In this document: one piece after another, positions 1 through 7,715 of the stretch | Layout: each line of letters opens with the position of its first letter | Numbering within the stretch: the first letter of the stretch is position 1 | Origin: Candidatus Electrothrix sp. GW3-4 | GTDB lineage: Bacteria; Desulfobacterota; Desulfobulbia; Desulfobulbales; Desulfobulbaceae | NCBI RefSeq assembly: GCF_037902255.1 | Contig: NZ_CP147990.1 | Location: forward strand, 420,001 to 452,000 | Length of the DNA stretch: 32,000 nt | Direction of reading: 5' to 3' | Program-made: the position numbers and the translations under genes | The notes under the pieces: generated by a model | Seen by the model: only the letters and a program-made list of their open reading frames with translations | The model's database searches: none | What the model was told of the DNA's origin: nothing

Positions 1-334
1 GTATAGGCTTCCTGAGCCGGTGGGTTGAGCTCTTTTGGTAGCTGTCGTTGCGCATCATATTCCAGTTGCGCTAGAATCCGGGGCAGCATCCGTTCCGGGT
101 CCGGCTGGGTAAAGTTTTCCAGTGAGCAGGTCAGCGCCGCATAACGGCCTTCTTGGGTCAACTTTCTGGAGAGGTTACGCAACAGGGTGGTCTTGCCGGT
201 CTGCCGGGGGGCGTGGATCACAAAAAAGCCTGATCGTCGATGAGATCCCGGACTTCGGAAAGGCGCTGCTCCGGGGGGAGCATGTAATGGCGTTCCTGGA
301 GACAGGGGCCGGTGGTGTTGAATTTTTTGGTCAT
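1..334 (-). pseudogene. AAA-family ATP-binding protein (Walker A P-loop), N-terminal part only; frame broken at a homopolymer
   Basis: ATG at 334-332 (GGAG about 11 nt upstream) reads MTKKFNTTGPCLQERHYMLPPEQRLSEVRDLIDDQAFL, then TGA at 220-218. Shifting frame at the T6 run (plus-strand A-run 222-227) continues FFVIHAPRQTGKTTLLRNLSRKLTQEGRYAALTCSLENF... to the window edge. One extra T would give QAFFVIHAPRQTGKTT. Confidence 0.6.
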
Positions 335-353
335 TATTTTGCGCTCTCCAGCA

Positions 354-2729
354 TCATTGATTTGTATACAGAGACCCCTGAAAACCGACAAAGAGCTGGC
401 GAATATCGGCAATACTGCCCAGGGCGTCCACGGCATCGCCAATGGAATGATATTTGAGTTCCAGCAGGTCAGGGAGTTTATCCTGATCTAATTCGCTGAC
501 GCCTTGCTCGATATAATGATCCAGGATGAAACGGAGAAATTCGTTTTCCTGCTCAGAATGGGAGCGAAAGATAGCCGGGCTACTCTGTGCAACCCGTTGG
601 CTGCGGCTGAGCACGGGCAGGGCAAAACCGATATAGGCCAGCACATCAAATATGTCGCTGTTTTCGGCCTGGATATGTTGTTTGATCTGCTTGAGCTGTT
701 CAGGGCCAAAGCCCTTTTCTCCCAAGCCAGCCAAGAGCTTTTTGCGGGTGTCTGGCCTGCTCCACAGCTTACGTAGCTCATCCTCATTCTGGAACAGGAC
801 TGGCAGTTCGCCGTACAGCTCTTCAATAAATTGGGCCGCTGAGATGGGCCTGCCTTCAGGGCTCCAGAAGCTGGTGGCCGACATGCTCTGGATCTGCCGT
901 TCCTTGCCATCGGCCAGTCGGATTCGGATTGTTTTTGGTTTTTCCGATTGGTCTGCGGACGGATCACTGGAACTCTCATAATCCGGGGCAGGTTCTGCGG
1001 TGTTTTCTCCGGTATTGGGATCAGCAGGGGAGGGCGGTGATGAGGGAGCCTCGGCCTGCTCAATCAGCAGCTCTTCTGGCTCACCATCCCATTCCGGGTC
1101 GCTGAAATGGTGGTAGGCCTGGACAAAATCATAGAGGGTAAAGTACTCCTTGCCCTCGAACAGGCGGGTGCCCCTGCCGATGATCTGCTTAAACTCGATC
1201 ATGGAGTTGACCGGGCGCATCAGGACGATATTACGGACATTGGAGGCATCCACCCCGGTGGAAAGCTTTTGTGAGGTGGTCAGGACAGTGGGTATGCTCT
1301 TCTCATTATCCTGAAAGGTACTGAGCCAGCTTTCTCCACTGGCGCCGTCATCAGCAGTGACCCGAACGCAATAATTGGGGTTAGTGCTCTTGCTCTGTTG
1401 ATTGATCAGATCCCGGACAAGCAGGGCGTGTGCCTGGGTTGCACAGAAGACCAGGGTCTTTTCCTGGGGATCAATCATGTCGAGACAGAGGTCCACCCGG
1501 TATTTCTCCCGGGCCCTGATCTCAATGTTCCGGTTGAAATTTTCTTCGGTGTAGCGTCGTCCCGCCTCGATATCGCCCTCCAGTATTTTATCATCCGGGG
1601 TGTAGACATAATCGTCCAGGGTGGTGGCGATCTGGCGGACCCGAAAGGGGGTGAGAAAACCGTCATTAATGCCCTGCTTCAGGGAATAGCTGTACACCGG
1701 TTCACCGAAATAGGCGTAGGTATCCCGGTTCTTTTTCCGCTTGGGCGTGGCGGTCAGGCCCAGCTGCACAGCCGGGGCAAAGTATTCCAGGATTTCCCGC
1801 CAGCTGCTCTCGTCGTTTGCTCCGCCCCGATGGCACTCGTCAATAACGATGCAATCAAAAAAATCAGGGGAATACTCGCCAAAACTGGGCAGGGGATTGC
1901 CTTCCTGATCTCTGCCGCTCATAAAGGTTTGGAAGATAGTGAAAAAGATGCTGCCGTTTCTGGGTACCCTGCCTTTTTTGCGGATGCTGGCTGGGTCGAT
2001 GCGGATCAGGGCGTCCTCGGCAAAGGCGGAAAAGGCGTTGAAGGCTTGATTGGCCAGGATATTACGATCAGCGAGAAAGAGGATGCGGGGGCGGCGACGG
2101 GGCTGGTTGGTTGTCTTTCGATCCCGGAGATTCCAGCGGCTGTGGAAGAGCTTCCAGGCCAGTTGAAAGGCGATGCAGGTTTTGCCGGTGCCCGTGGCCA
2201 GGGTCAGGAGGATGCGGTCCTGACCAGCGGCAATGGCCTCCAGCACCCGGTTGATGGCGTTATGCTGGTAATAGCGGGCCTGCCAGCCGCCGCCTCGGTC
2301 TTCAAAGGGGATTGCGGCAAAGTGATCCCGCCAGAGGTCGGCCTCTTGGAAGGTGGCATCCCAGAGTTGTTCCGGGCTTGGAAAGGCGGCAACATGCTTC
2401 TCCTGGCCGGTTTCCATGTCGATTCGGTAAATCCCCAGGCCGTTGGTGGAAAAGGCGAAGCGGGTTTGGAGGCGGGTGGCGTAGCTCTTGGCTTGGCCCA
2501 CGCCCTCGGTATCCGGGAGGCTGCGGCGCTTGGCCTCAATCACGGCCAGTTTATGGCCTTTATAGATGAGGACGTAATCAGCGATCTCGGCTTTGCCGCG
2601 TGTGTTGCCGCCGAGGAGACGACCCGGAGCTATGACTTCGCGACGGACCCTGCTGTCCGCCATCTTGCCCCAACCGGCTTGGGCCAGGGCTGGGTCGATC
2701 AGTTCTGCTCTGGTTTCTGCTTCGTTCAT
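354..2729 (-). CDS. hsdR: Type I restriction enzyme R subunit (HsdR), helicase core plus EcoEI_R_C-like C-terminal domain
   Basis: 791 aa. N-terminus MNEAETRAELIDPALAQAGWG is typical of HsdR. Walker A TGTGKT and DEAH-type box VIDECHRG are present. A Pro/Ser-rich linker precedes a C-terminal region (FIEELYGELP...DELRKLWSRPDTRKKLL) resembling the EcoEI R C-terminal domain. Confidence 0.95.
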   Translation of the reverse strand: MNEAETRAELIDPALAQAGWGKMADSRVRREVIAPGRLLGGNTRGKAEIADYVLIYKGHKLAVIEAKRRSLPDTEGVGQAKSYATRLQTRFAFSTNGLGIYRIDMETGQEKHVAAFPSPEQLWDATFQEADLWRDHFAAIPFEDRGGGWQARYYQHNAINRVLEAIAAGQDRILLTLATGTGKTCIAFQLAWKLFHSRWNLRDRKTTNQPRRRPRILFLADRNILANQAFNAFSAFAEDALIRIDPASIRKKGRVPRNGSIFFTIFQTFMSGRDQEGNPLPSFGEYSPDFFDCIVIDECHRGGANDESSWREILEYFAPAVQLGLTATPKRKKNRDTYAYFGEPVYSYSLKQGINDGFLTPFRVRQIATTLDDYVYTPDDKILEGDIEAGRRYTEENFNRNIEIRAREKYRVDLCLDMIDPQEKTLVFCATQAHALLVRDLINQQSKSTNPNYCVRVTADDGASGESWLSTFQDNEKSIPTVLTTSQKLSTGVDASNVRNIVLMRPVNSMIEFKQIIGRGTRLFEGKEYFTLYDFVQAYHHFSDPEWDGEPEELLIEQAEAPSSPPSPADPNTGENTAEPAPDYESSSDPSADQSEKPKTIRIRLADGKERQIQSMSATSFWSPEGRPISAAQFIEELYGELPVLFQNEDELRKLWSRPDTRKKLLAGLGEKGFGPEQLKQIKQHIQAENSDIFDVLAYIGFALPVLSRSQRVAQSSPAIFRSHSEQENEFLRFILDHYIEQGVSELDQDKLPDLLELKYHSIGDAVDALGSIADIRQLFVGFQGSLYTNQ

Positions 2730-2745
2730 AGTGTGGCCTGATTAT

Positions 2746-2772
2746 CTGAGGATCAAAACACGATCAAGAAAT
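2746..2772. repeat. 27-nt direct repeat, copy 1 (CTGAGGATCAAAACACGATCAAGAAAT), 17 nt upstream of the hsdR start
   Basis: Matches 2845-2871 at 26 of 27 positions. The two copies are 99 bp apart. Each copy carries two TTGAT(C/T) half-sites 11 bp apart when read on the minus strand. Confidence 0.85.
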
Positions 2773-2837
2773 ATTACGTTGCTTTTTTATGATTAAGATG
2801 TTGTTTTTGCGAAATATGGTATTTTTTGCTTTGATGA

Positions 2838-2866
2838 ATTATGCCTGAGAATCAAAACACGATCAA
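2838..2866 (-). promoter_or_regulatory. Putative sigma70-type promoter for hsdR inside repeat copy 2
   Basis: Minus strand reads TTGATC (2866-2861), a 17-nt spacer, then CATAAT (2843-2838). The proximal repeat copy has the same -35 but a 15-nt spacer to GATAAT. Motif match only. Confidence 0.3.
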
Positions 2867-2871
2867 GAAAT
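2845..2871. repeat. 27-nt direct repeat, copy 2 (CTGAGAATCAAAACACGATCAAGAAAT)
   Basis: Second copy of the 2746-2772 repeat, read directly from the sequence. Confidence 0.85.
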
Positions 2872-2931
2872 CATGGGGCGTATCATATGTTGTCGTTTTT
2901 TAAGCAAGGTTAGGGGATCACAAACCTCGCT

Positions 2932-3050
2932 TTTGTACTGGTTCCCAAGATCCGGCTTGGGAACTGCTTTTTCTGAAGCTCCGCTTCATTTCCCGAAGCT
3001 GGAGCTTCTGTTTTCAGGGTGCCCAAGCAGAGCTTGGGAACCAGTACAAA
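2932..3050. repeat. 119-nt imperfect palindrome (long composite hairpin) between hsdS and hsdR
   Basis: The outer arms TTTGTACTGGTTCCCAAG (2932-2949) and CTTGGGAACCAGTACAAA (3033-3050) are perfect 18-nt reverse complements. Inner pair GCTTGGG/CCCAAGC. The central hairpin GAAGCTCCGCTTC-ATTTCCC-GAAGC-T-GGAGCTTC (2975-3008) has a 13-bp stem with one bulge. Alternative local hairpins are TTCCCAAG-ATCCGG-CTTGGGAA and CCCAAG-CAGAG-CTTGGG. Confidence 0.8.
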
Positions 3051-3171
3051 TGGCAATTATGATGCTGGAAGCAAGAATATAATGTTGTGTTGCAAATAGG
3101 TATATTTCTACTGTGATGATAAAGGCGAGAATGGCGAACAGTATGTATAATCCCTTCTTGGATTCTTTCAT
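2986..3171 (-). CDS. Possible small hydrophobic protein (61 aa) translationally coupled to hsdS
   Basis: ATG at 3171-3169 lies 1 nt after the hsdS stop (TGAtATG), with GAGG 9 nt upstream. Product is MKESKKGLYILFAILAFIITVEIYLFATQHYILASSIIIAICTGSQ..., with two hydrophobic stretches. The 3' third is encoded by the palindrome, so the true end is doubtful. Confidence 0.3.
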   Translation of the reverse strand: MKESKKGLYILFAILAFIITVEIYLFATQHYILASSIIIAICTGSQALLGHPENRSSSFGK

Positions 3172-3172
3172 A

Positions 3173-4423
3173 TCAACACACCTCGGCAAGTTCCTGTTCC
3201 GGGGAGTGGGTGAGTTCACCGGTGAAGGCTTTTTGAAGGATGGATTGTTTCAGTTCTGCCAGGGCGTTGAGTTTTTTCTGGTAGATAGATTGGAGGTGCT
3301 GGATTTCTGATTCCATCTTGTTAAGTTGAGCAGAAATCTTTTTTTGAGCAGACAGCTTTGTTGGAAACGAAATCGATATATCTGCTAATTTTTTAGGGGA
3401 AGTATGCCGGACTTTAACTCCAGAAGCTGTTTTCTGAACCGAATTTCTAAAATACTGTGTATTGAACTGATGATGGAAAAAATCGTTATCCCATACGGTT
3501 TCATCGTTTATTTGAACAAGGCCGAGTCGTTGATTATGCAGGAAACGATTTGCTGCCGGGACGATCAGGGAACTTCCTAACAGACCAGCAGCTTGTTCAG
3601 TCATGGCAATCAAGAAGTCTCCTTTGCTCAATATGTAGGCATCAGGTATTTCACCAAGATAATACTTGATTTTCTTGCCTTGATCTCTAAAGCCACCTTT
3701 CTCGTAAAATGAACCGGGAGTGAGTACTATATACTCGCCATCATTAGAGAAAAACTTGCTTTTGAAGGCGAACCCATGCTTGATTGAGCATATATCACCT
3801 AGTTTTTTATCCACCCAACCTACACCCTTTCGGGTAAAAACGCTGTTGAGATAACTCTCAAATACCTCACGAGCATGAGCAAGGTTCTTCTCGGTGTTGG
3901 TAATCGCTTGGTCGATGCCTGCAAAGGCTTCATCCAGGATGGCGACGATGCGTTTTTGTTCCGAAAGAGATGGGAGAGGTATCTGAAGCGATTTGACGAA
4001 CGGTAACTTAACCCCTTTAACTGTCGCCCCAGTACCTTCCTGCTCAATACGATGAGCGACACTTTTCAGCCACCAAAACAAGTATCTTACGGTGAGCACT
4101 TCGGTGCTTTTCGGCACAACACCACGTAGGTCTTGGTTGATAGCTGTATCTTGATCAATAATACTGATTTTTCCTAAACCAACACGGGTGGCTATCACAA
4201 CATTACCAGCTTTGATAATATTCGTAGAGCTGTTTTTTACGGCATCTTCCGTGATTTTGAAATCTGTCCGGGTGATAACATCATGTTTCATGTCCCTGAC
4301 TGTAGCCCAAGGGATATCACCTTTATAAAAATCTTCGTTTTTTTTGGATGGAGTTCCACCACCGATAAGCTGGCAAAGATCGCCAAGCGAACAGAAATTA
4401 CGATGAGGAGATAACGTACTCAC
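3173..4423 (-). CDS. hsdS: Type I R-M specificity subunit (HsdS), two target-recognition domains
   Basis: 416 aa. TRD-start motif LGDLCQLIGGGTPSK. Central conserved region LPSLSEQKRIVAILDEAFAGIDQAI and a matching C-terminal region LSAQKKISAQLNKMESEI...LKQSILQKAFTGEL. ATGA overlap with hsdM. Confidence 0.9.
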   Translation of the reverse strand: MSTLSPHRNFCSLGDLCQLIGGGTPSKKNEDFYKGDIPWATVRDMKHDVITRTDFKITEDAVKNSSTNIIKAGNVVIATRVGLGKISIIDQDTAINQDLRGVVPKSTEVLTVRYLFWWLKSVAHRIEQEGTGATVKGVKLPFVKSLQIPLPSLSEQKRIVAILDEAFAGIDQAITNTEKNLAHAREVFESYLNSVFTRKGVGWVDKKLGDICSIKHGFAFKSKFFSNDGEYIVLTPGSFYEKGGFRDQGKKIKYYLGEIPDAYILSKGDFLIAMTEQAAGLLGSSLIVPAANRFLHNQRLGLVQINDETVWDNDFFHHQFNTQYFRNSVQKTASGVKVRHTSPKKLADISISFPTKLSAQKKISAQLNKMESEIQHLQSIYQKKLNALAELKQSILQKAFTGELTHSPEQELAEVC

Positions 4424-5889
4424 ACCAACCCCCCAATCCGCTCCAAAACCGCAGCACTCTCCCGATCCAACGCCGCAATCTCCGCCAAAATATCAGCAGG
4501 CTCCCGCAAGGGTGCCTCCTCCTCCGCATGAGGATTCCGCACCGACAGGTCAAGGGCCTCCTGATCAAGATCAGCCACCCGGACTGTCCAGGATTTCTCA
4601 CTGTCCGCAAAGCCAGCCTGCAAGGCAACAAAGTCTTTCAGGTCTTCATCATTGAGCGGATTGGTCTTGCCCATATTCCGCCCCGGATCAAGCTGATAAT
4701 ACCAGATCTTCTGCGTGGGTGCCCCTTTTGCAAAAAAGAGCACCACAGTCTTCACCCCGGCCCCGAGAAAGGTGCCGCCGGGACAATCCAGCACGGTATG
4801 GAGATTGCAGGATTCCAGCAGATCCCGGCGCAGGGCCTTGGCCGCATTATCGGAATTGGAGAGAAAGGTGTTCTTGATCACCACCGCAGCCCGGCCCCCG
4901 GCCTTGAGAAATTTGACAAAATGCTGGAGAAAGAGGAAGGCGGTCTCGCCGGTCTTGATGGTGAAATTCTGCTGAATCTCCTTGCGTTCCTTGCCCCCGA
5001 ACGGCGGATTGGCCAGGATGATGTCGTAGCGGTCCTTCTCCTCCACATGGGCGAGGTTCTCGGCCAGAGAGTTGGTATGGAGGATATTGGGCGCCTCGAT
5101 CCCGTGCAGGATCAGGTTCATGATGGCGATGACGTAGGCCAGGCTCTTCTTTTCCTTGCCAAAGAACGTGCCAGTTTTCAGCGTCTCCAGCTGGGCCGTG
5201 CTCAACTTGGCTGGTTTGCCGTCCCCGGTATAGCGGAGATAATCATGGGCCTCGCAGAGGAAGCCCGCAGAGCCGCAGGCCCCGTCATACACGGTTTCGC
5301 CGATGCGCGGCCGGGTGACCTGGATCATGGCTCGAATCAGGGGGCGGGGTGTGTAGTACTCGCCGCCGTTGCGGCCAGCATTGCCCATGTTCTTGATCTT
5401 GCTCTCATAGAGATGGGAGAGCTCGTGTTTCTCCTGCTGGGAACGGAAGCGGAGCTGATCCACCAGATCCAGGGCATCACGCAGGGAATAGCCGCTTTGG
5501 AATTTATTGCGGATCTCGGAAAAGATCTCCCCGATCTTGTACTCAATGGTGTCCGGCGAAGCAGCTCGCTGCCGGAATCCCCGGAGATAGGGAAAGAGCT
5601 GGCCGTTCACATAGTCGATCAAATCATCCCCGGTCAGGGCCGCATCCAGATCAGCCGTCCCGTCCGCCTTTTTCGGAGCCGCCCATTGGGACCAGCGATG
5701 CTGTTCCTCCAGGATAAAGCGGTATTTTTGCCCCTTCAGTTCCGCAGCCAGGGCCCGTTCCTGTTCCAGATCATCCAGGTATTTAAGAAAGAGGAGCCAG
5801 GAGGTCTGCTCGGTATAGTCCAGCTCTGAGGAGCAGCCGCTTTCTTTCCAGAGCACATCATCGATATTTTTAAAGGTCTGTTCAAACAC
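4420..5889 (-). CDS. hsdM: Type I R-M N6-adenine DNA methyltransferase subunit (HsdM)
   Basis: 489 aa. HsdM N-terminal domain (FKNIDDVLWKESGCSSELDYTEQTSWLLFLKYLDD). AdoMet motif I VYDGACGSAGFL. Catalytic motif IV ILANPPFGG. GTG start. Confidence 0.95.
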   Translation of the reverse strand: MFEQTFKNIDDVLWKESGCSSELDYTEQTSWLLFLKYLDDLEQERALAAELKGQKYRFILEEQHRWSQWAAPKKADGTADLDAALTGDDLIDYVNGQLFPYLRGFRQRAASPDTIEYKIGEIFSEIRNKFQSGYSLRDALDLVDQLRFRSQQEKHELSHLYESKIKNMGNAGRNGGEYYTPRPLIRAMIQVTRPRIGETVYDGACGSAGFLCEAHDYLRYTGDGKPAKLSTAQLETLKTGTFFGKEKKSLAYVIAIMNLILHGIEAPNILHTNSLAENLAHVEEKDRYDIILANPPFGGKERKEIQQNFTIKTGETAFLFLQHFVKFLKAGGRAAVVIKNTFLSNSDNAAKALRRDLLESCNLHTVLDCPGGTFLGAGVKTVVLFFAKGAPTQKIWYYQLDPGRNMGKTNPLNDEDLKDFVALQAGFADSEKSWTVRVADLDQEALDLSVRNPHAEEEAPLREPADILAEIAALDRESAAVLERIGGLV

Positions 5890-5960
5890 GGTATAGGTTG
5901 GTATGCAGGGGGATGGGCAGGAGCATCAGGCTCTGTTGCCTTGTTCCTCCATGATATACC

Positions 5961-5990
5961 ATAAAACCGTTGCTATGAAAATGAGCAACG
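5961..5990 (-). terminator. Possible rho-independent terminator downstream of the TPR gene
   Basis: Minus-strand RNA forms CGUUGCU-cauuuucau-AGCAACG (7-bp stem) followed by GUUUUAU. It lies about 100 nt after the stop at 6088 and upstream of hsdM. Confidence 0.35.
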
Positions 5991-6087
5991 AAACGGACCG
6001 CCCTGTCCGCCAGATCGGGAAGGGAGTTCTCTTGGAATCATGCAAAGACGCTATGATCTGTATTTACGGTCTTTCTTGTTTTTTTAT

Positions 6088-6480
6088 CTATTCCCCTCTG
6101 TCCCTGCGCTCTTTCTTGCGCAGAGCCCTTCTCTCCTCCCGTATCTCCTGCAGCAGGCCCTCACACCATCGACGGATAGTCTCATCCTTTTCATTCCGCA
6201 TCTTCTTCATCTGAATGACTTGTTGGAGGCAGGTTTTTGCTCCCGAATAATCGGCATAGCCTTCCCAGAGTATCTGCGCCTTGAGGAGTAATGCCTCAGG
6301 GTATTCCGGTAGCCTGACGAGCGTTTTGTCGATCACTTCCAGGGCCTCGTCAAATCGTTCTGATGCCTTCATAAGCCGTGCCTTGGTCAGCTCGCCTGCC
6401 AGCTGATCATGCAGCGTTGAGGGAAAGCAACCATTGAAAATTAACTCGCTGAAGCGCCAGGCAAAGTCATCAAGGGACAT
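6088..6480 (-). CDS. Small TPR-like repeat protein
   Basis: 130 aa. Helical repeat pattern (ALEVIDKTLVRLPEYPEALLLKAQILWEGYADYSGAKTCLQQVIQ) resembles TPR. No specific family recognised. Confidence 0.55.
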   Translation of the reverse strand: MSLDDFAWRFSELIFNGCFPSTLHDQLAGELTKARLMKASERFDEALEVIDKTLVRLPEYPEALLLKAQILWEGYADYSGAKTCLQQVIQMKKMRNEKDETIRRWCEGLLQEIREERRALRKKERRDRGE

Positions 6481-6504
6481 AGTAAGAGATACTCCGTGTC
6501 GTTG

Positions 6505-7593
6505 TTATGCGGTTTTCTTGCGGTGTTCACGCTCGGTAAAGCTGGCCTCATATACAGCCTTGCGCAAACGGTTGATACCACCCAGCGGGCGATGTTCCTT
6601 GAGGGCATGCCAGGGATTGAAGGACATGTCTTCGCAGCGTTTTTCCAGCGCACTCTCAGGGCTCACGACCTGCTTGCTGAGACGTAGCGTCGCCACTGTG
6701 ACCGGTACAGAGTCCTGCTCGTCCCAAGAGGCAGAGGCATCCTCAATGGGCATCTTTGTCGGATCGCCCTGACGCTGGACCTTAAAGTCAAACACCACCT
6801 CGTCCTTAGCCAGTTGCTTGGCAATCGCCTCTCTCAGGTAGTTGTCAGGGAGTTTTGCCGGATCATCAGGGCCAGCAAGAAGTCTAGGCGGAACCGCCGA
6901 GTATTTTACTGCCTGCCCTGTGGTGCCTGCTGCATCGCCCAGCCAGTAGGGCGAGCCGCTCCAATAAGTAATATTGAGTGGGCTGGTCACGGTCTTTTTC
7001 CTGATCTCCTTAATAATGTCCAGTTGATCATGGTCAAAGAGCTGGAGATGGGCAAAGGCGAGAAGATCGCCAATCAGGGGAACGCTCTTATGCTTGATGA
7101 CATCCCGATACTCTTTGGCATTGGGAAAGGGGAAGACCGGATGATCCACCATGAGAAAGTCCTGGCTCTGATCGGTATCCCCATCCATTGCCCGAGGTCC
7201 AGCAACATCAAGGAGCTTAATGGCCAGGCCCCGTGCTGTTGGCTCATTATCTGGCTGGATCTTGCCCTGGGCTGTGGAAAATCGAACAATAGCCTCAAAG
7301 GTACGGCCAGATTGGCTAAAGACCCCATACTGGAGATCCGTTGGGATGTCTGAGGCAATCTCAAAGGTCGCAGTAAGGCAGGCGTTTGCCTTTGCATGCT
7401 GGACACGGAGCGGACAGCCCTCTTGAGATTCCTCCATCATGCCAATGGTCAGTTTGATCATTTCCTGAAAGATGTCCTCTTCTCCTGGCAGGGAAAAGTC
7501 TGGCTGGAGCTCTGGATTCATGGGGTCTTCTCCTTCACCATCTTGGTGATTATGTTCAGGTCTCCCCTTATATGCAAACTGAATTGTCTTCAT
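6505..7593 (-). CDS. Catalase-related (catalase-core-like heme) protein
   Basis: 362 aa. RVQHAKANACLTATFEI...IVRFSTAQG...ARGLAIKL aligns by eye with the catalase core RxxHAKG...VRFST...RGFAxK. A candidate proximal Tyr sits in RLRKAVYEAS near the C-terminus. Confidence 0.65.
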   Translation of the reverse strand: MKTIQFAYKGRPEHNHQDGEGEDPMNPELQPDFSLPGEEDIFQEMIKLTIGMMEESQEGCPLRVQHAKANACLTATFEIASDIPTDLQYGVFSQSGRTFEAIVRFSTAQGKIQPDNEPTARGLAIKLLDVAGPRAMDGDTDQSQDFLMVDHPVFPFPNAKEYRDVIKHKSVPLIGDLLAFAHLQLFDHDQLDIIKEIRKKTVTSPLNITYWSGSPYWLGDAAGTTGQAVKYSAVPPRLLAGPDDPAKLPDNYLREAIAKQLAKDEVVFDFKVQRQGDPTKMPIEDASASWDEQDSVPVTVATLRLSKQVVSPESALEKRCEDMSFNPWHALKEHRPLGGINRLRKAVYEASFTEREHRKKTA

Positions 7594-7715
7594 ATACTTG
7601 GGGTAATGACCATGTACTTCGATGTTTTCTTAGGCGCTACTGCTTATAGTAAGGATCTCCATCATCCGGCCTGTATATTCTTTCCTGATCTTATCCCGTA
7701 TGATGTGTGATACTT

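Noticed and set aside
122-457. 111-aa plus-strand ORF and the 74-aa minus-strand ORF at 218-442 as separate genes
   Set aside because: The plus-strand ORF is antisense to the ATPase gene and the hsdR 3' end. The 74-aa ORF is just the first fragment of the frameshifted ATPase with an upstream read-through extension.
1398-2741. 447-aa plus-strand ORF
   Set aside because: It is a shadow ORF antisense to hsdR. It is Gly/Ala/Val-rich with no motifs, while the minus strand has unambiguous HsdR motifs.
2746-2871. CRISPR-like repeat
   Set aside because: There are only two copies, 99 bp apart, with no cas genes. The pair is better explained as a duplicated regulatory module.
2873-3082. 69-aa plus-strand ORF
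   Set aside because: It is encoded almost entirely by the palindromic element and has no SD. It is open only as a consequence of the element's symmetry.
4528-5829. 433-aa plus-strand ORF
   Set aside because: It is a shadow ORF antisense to hsdM, and only the minus strand carries the NPPF and AdoMet motifs.
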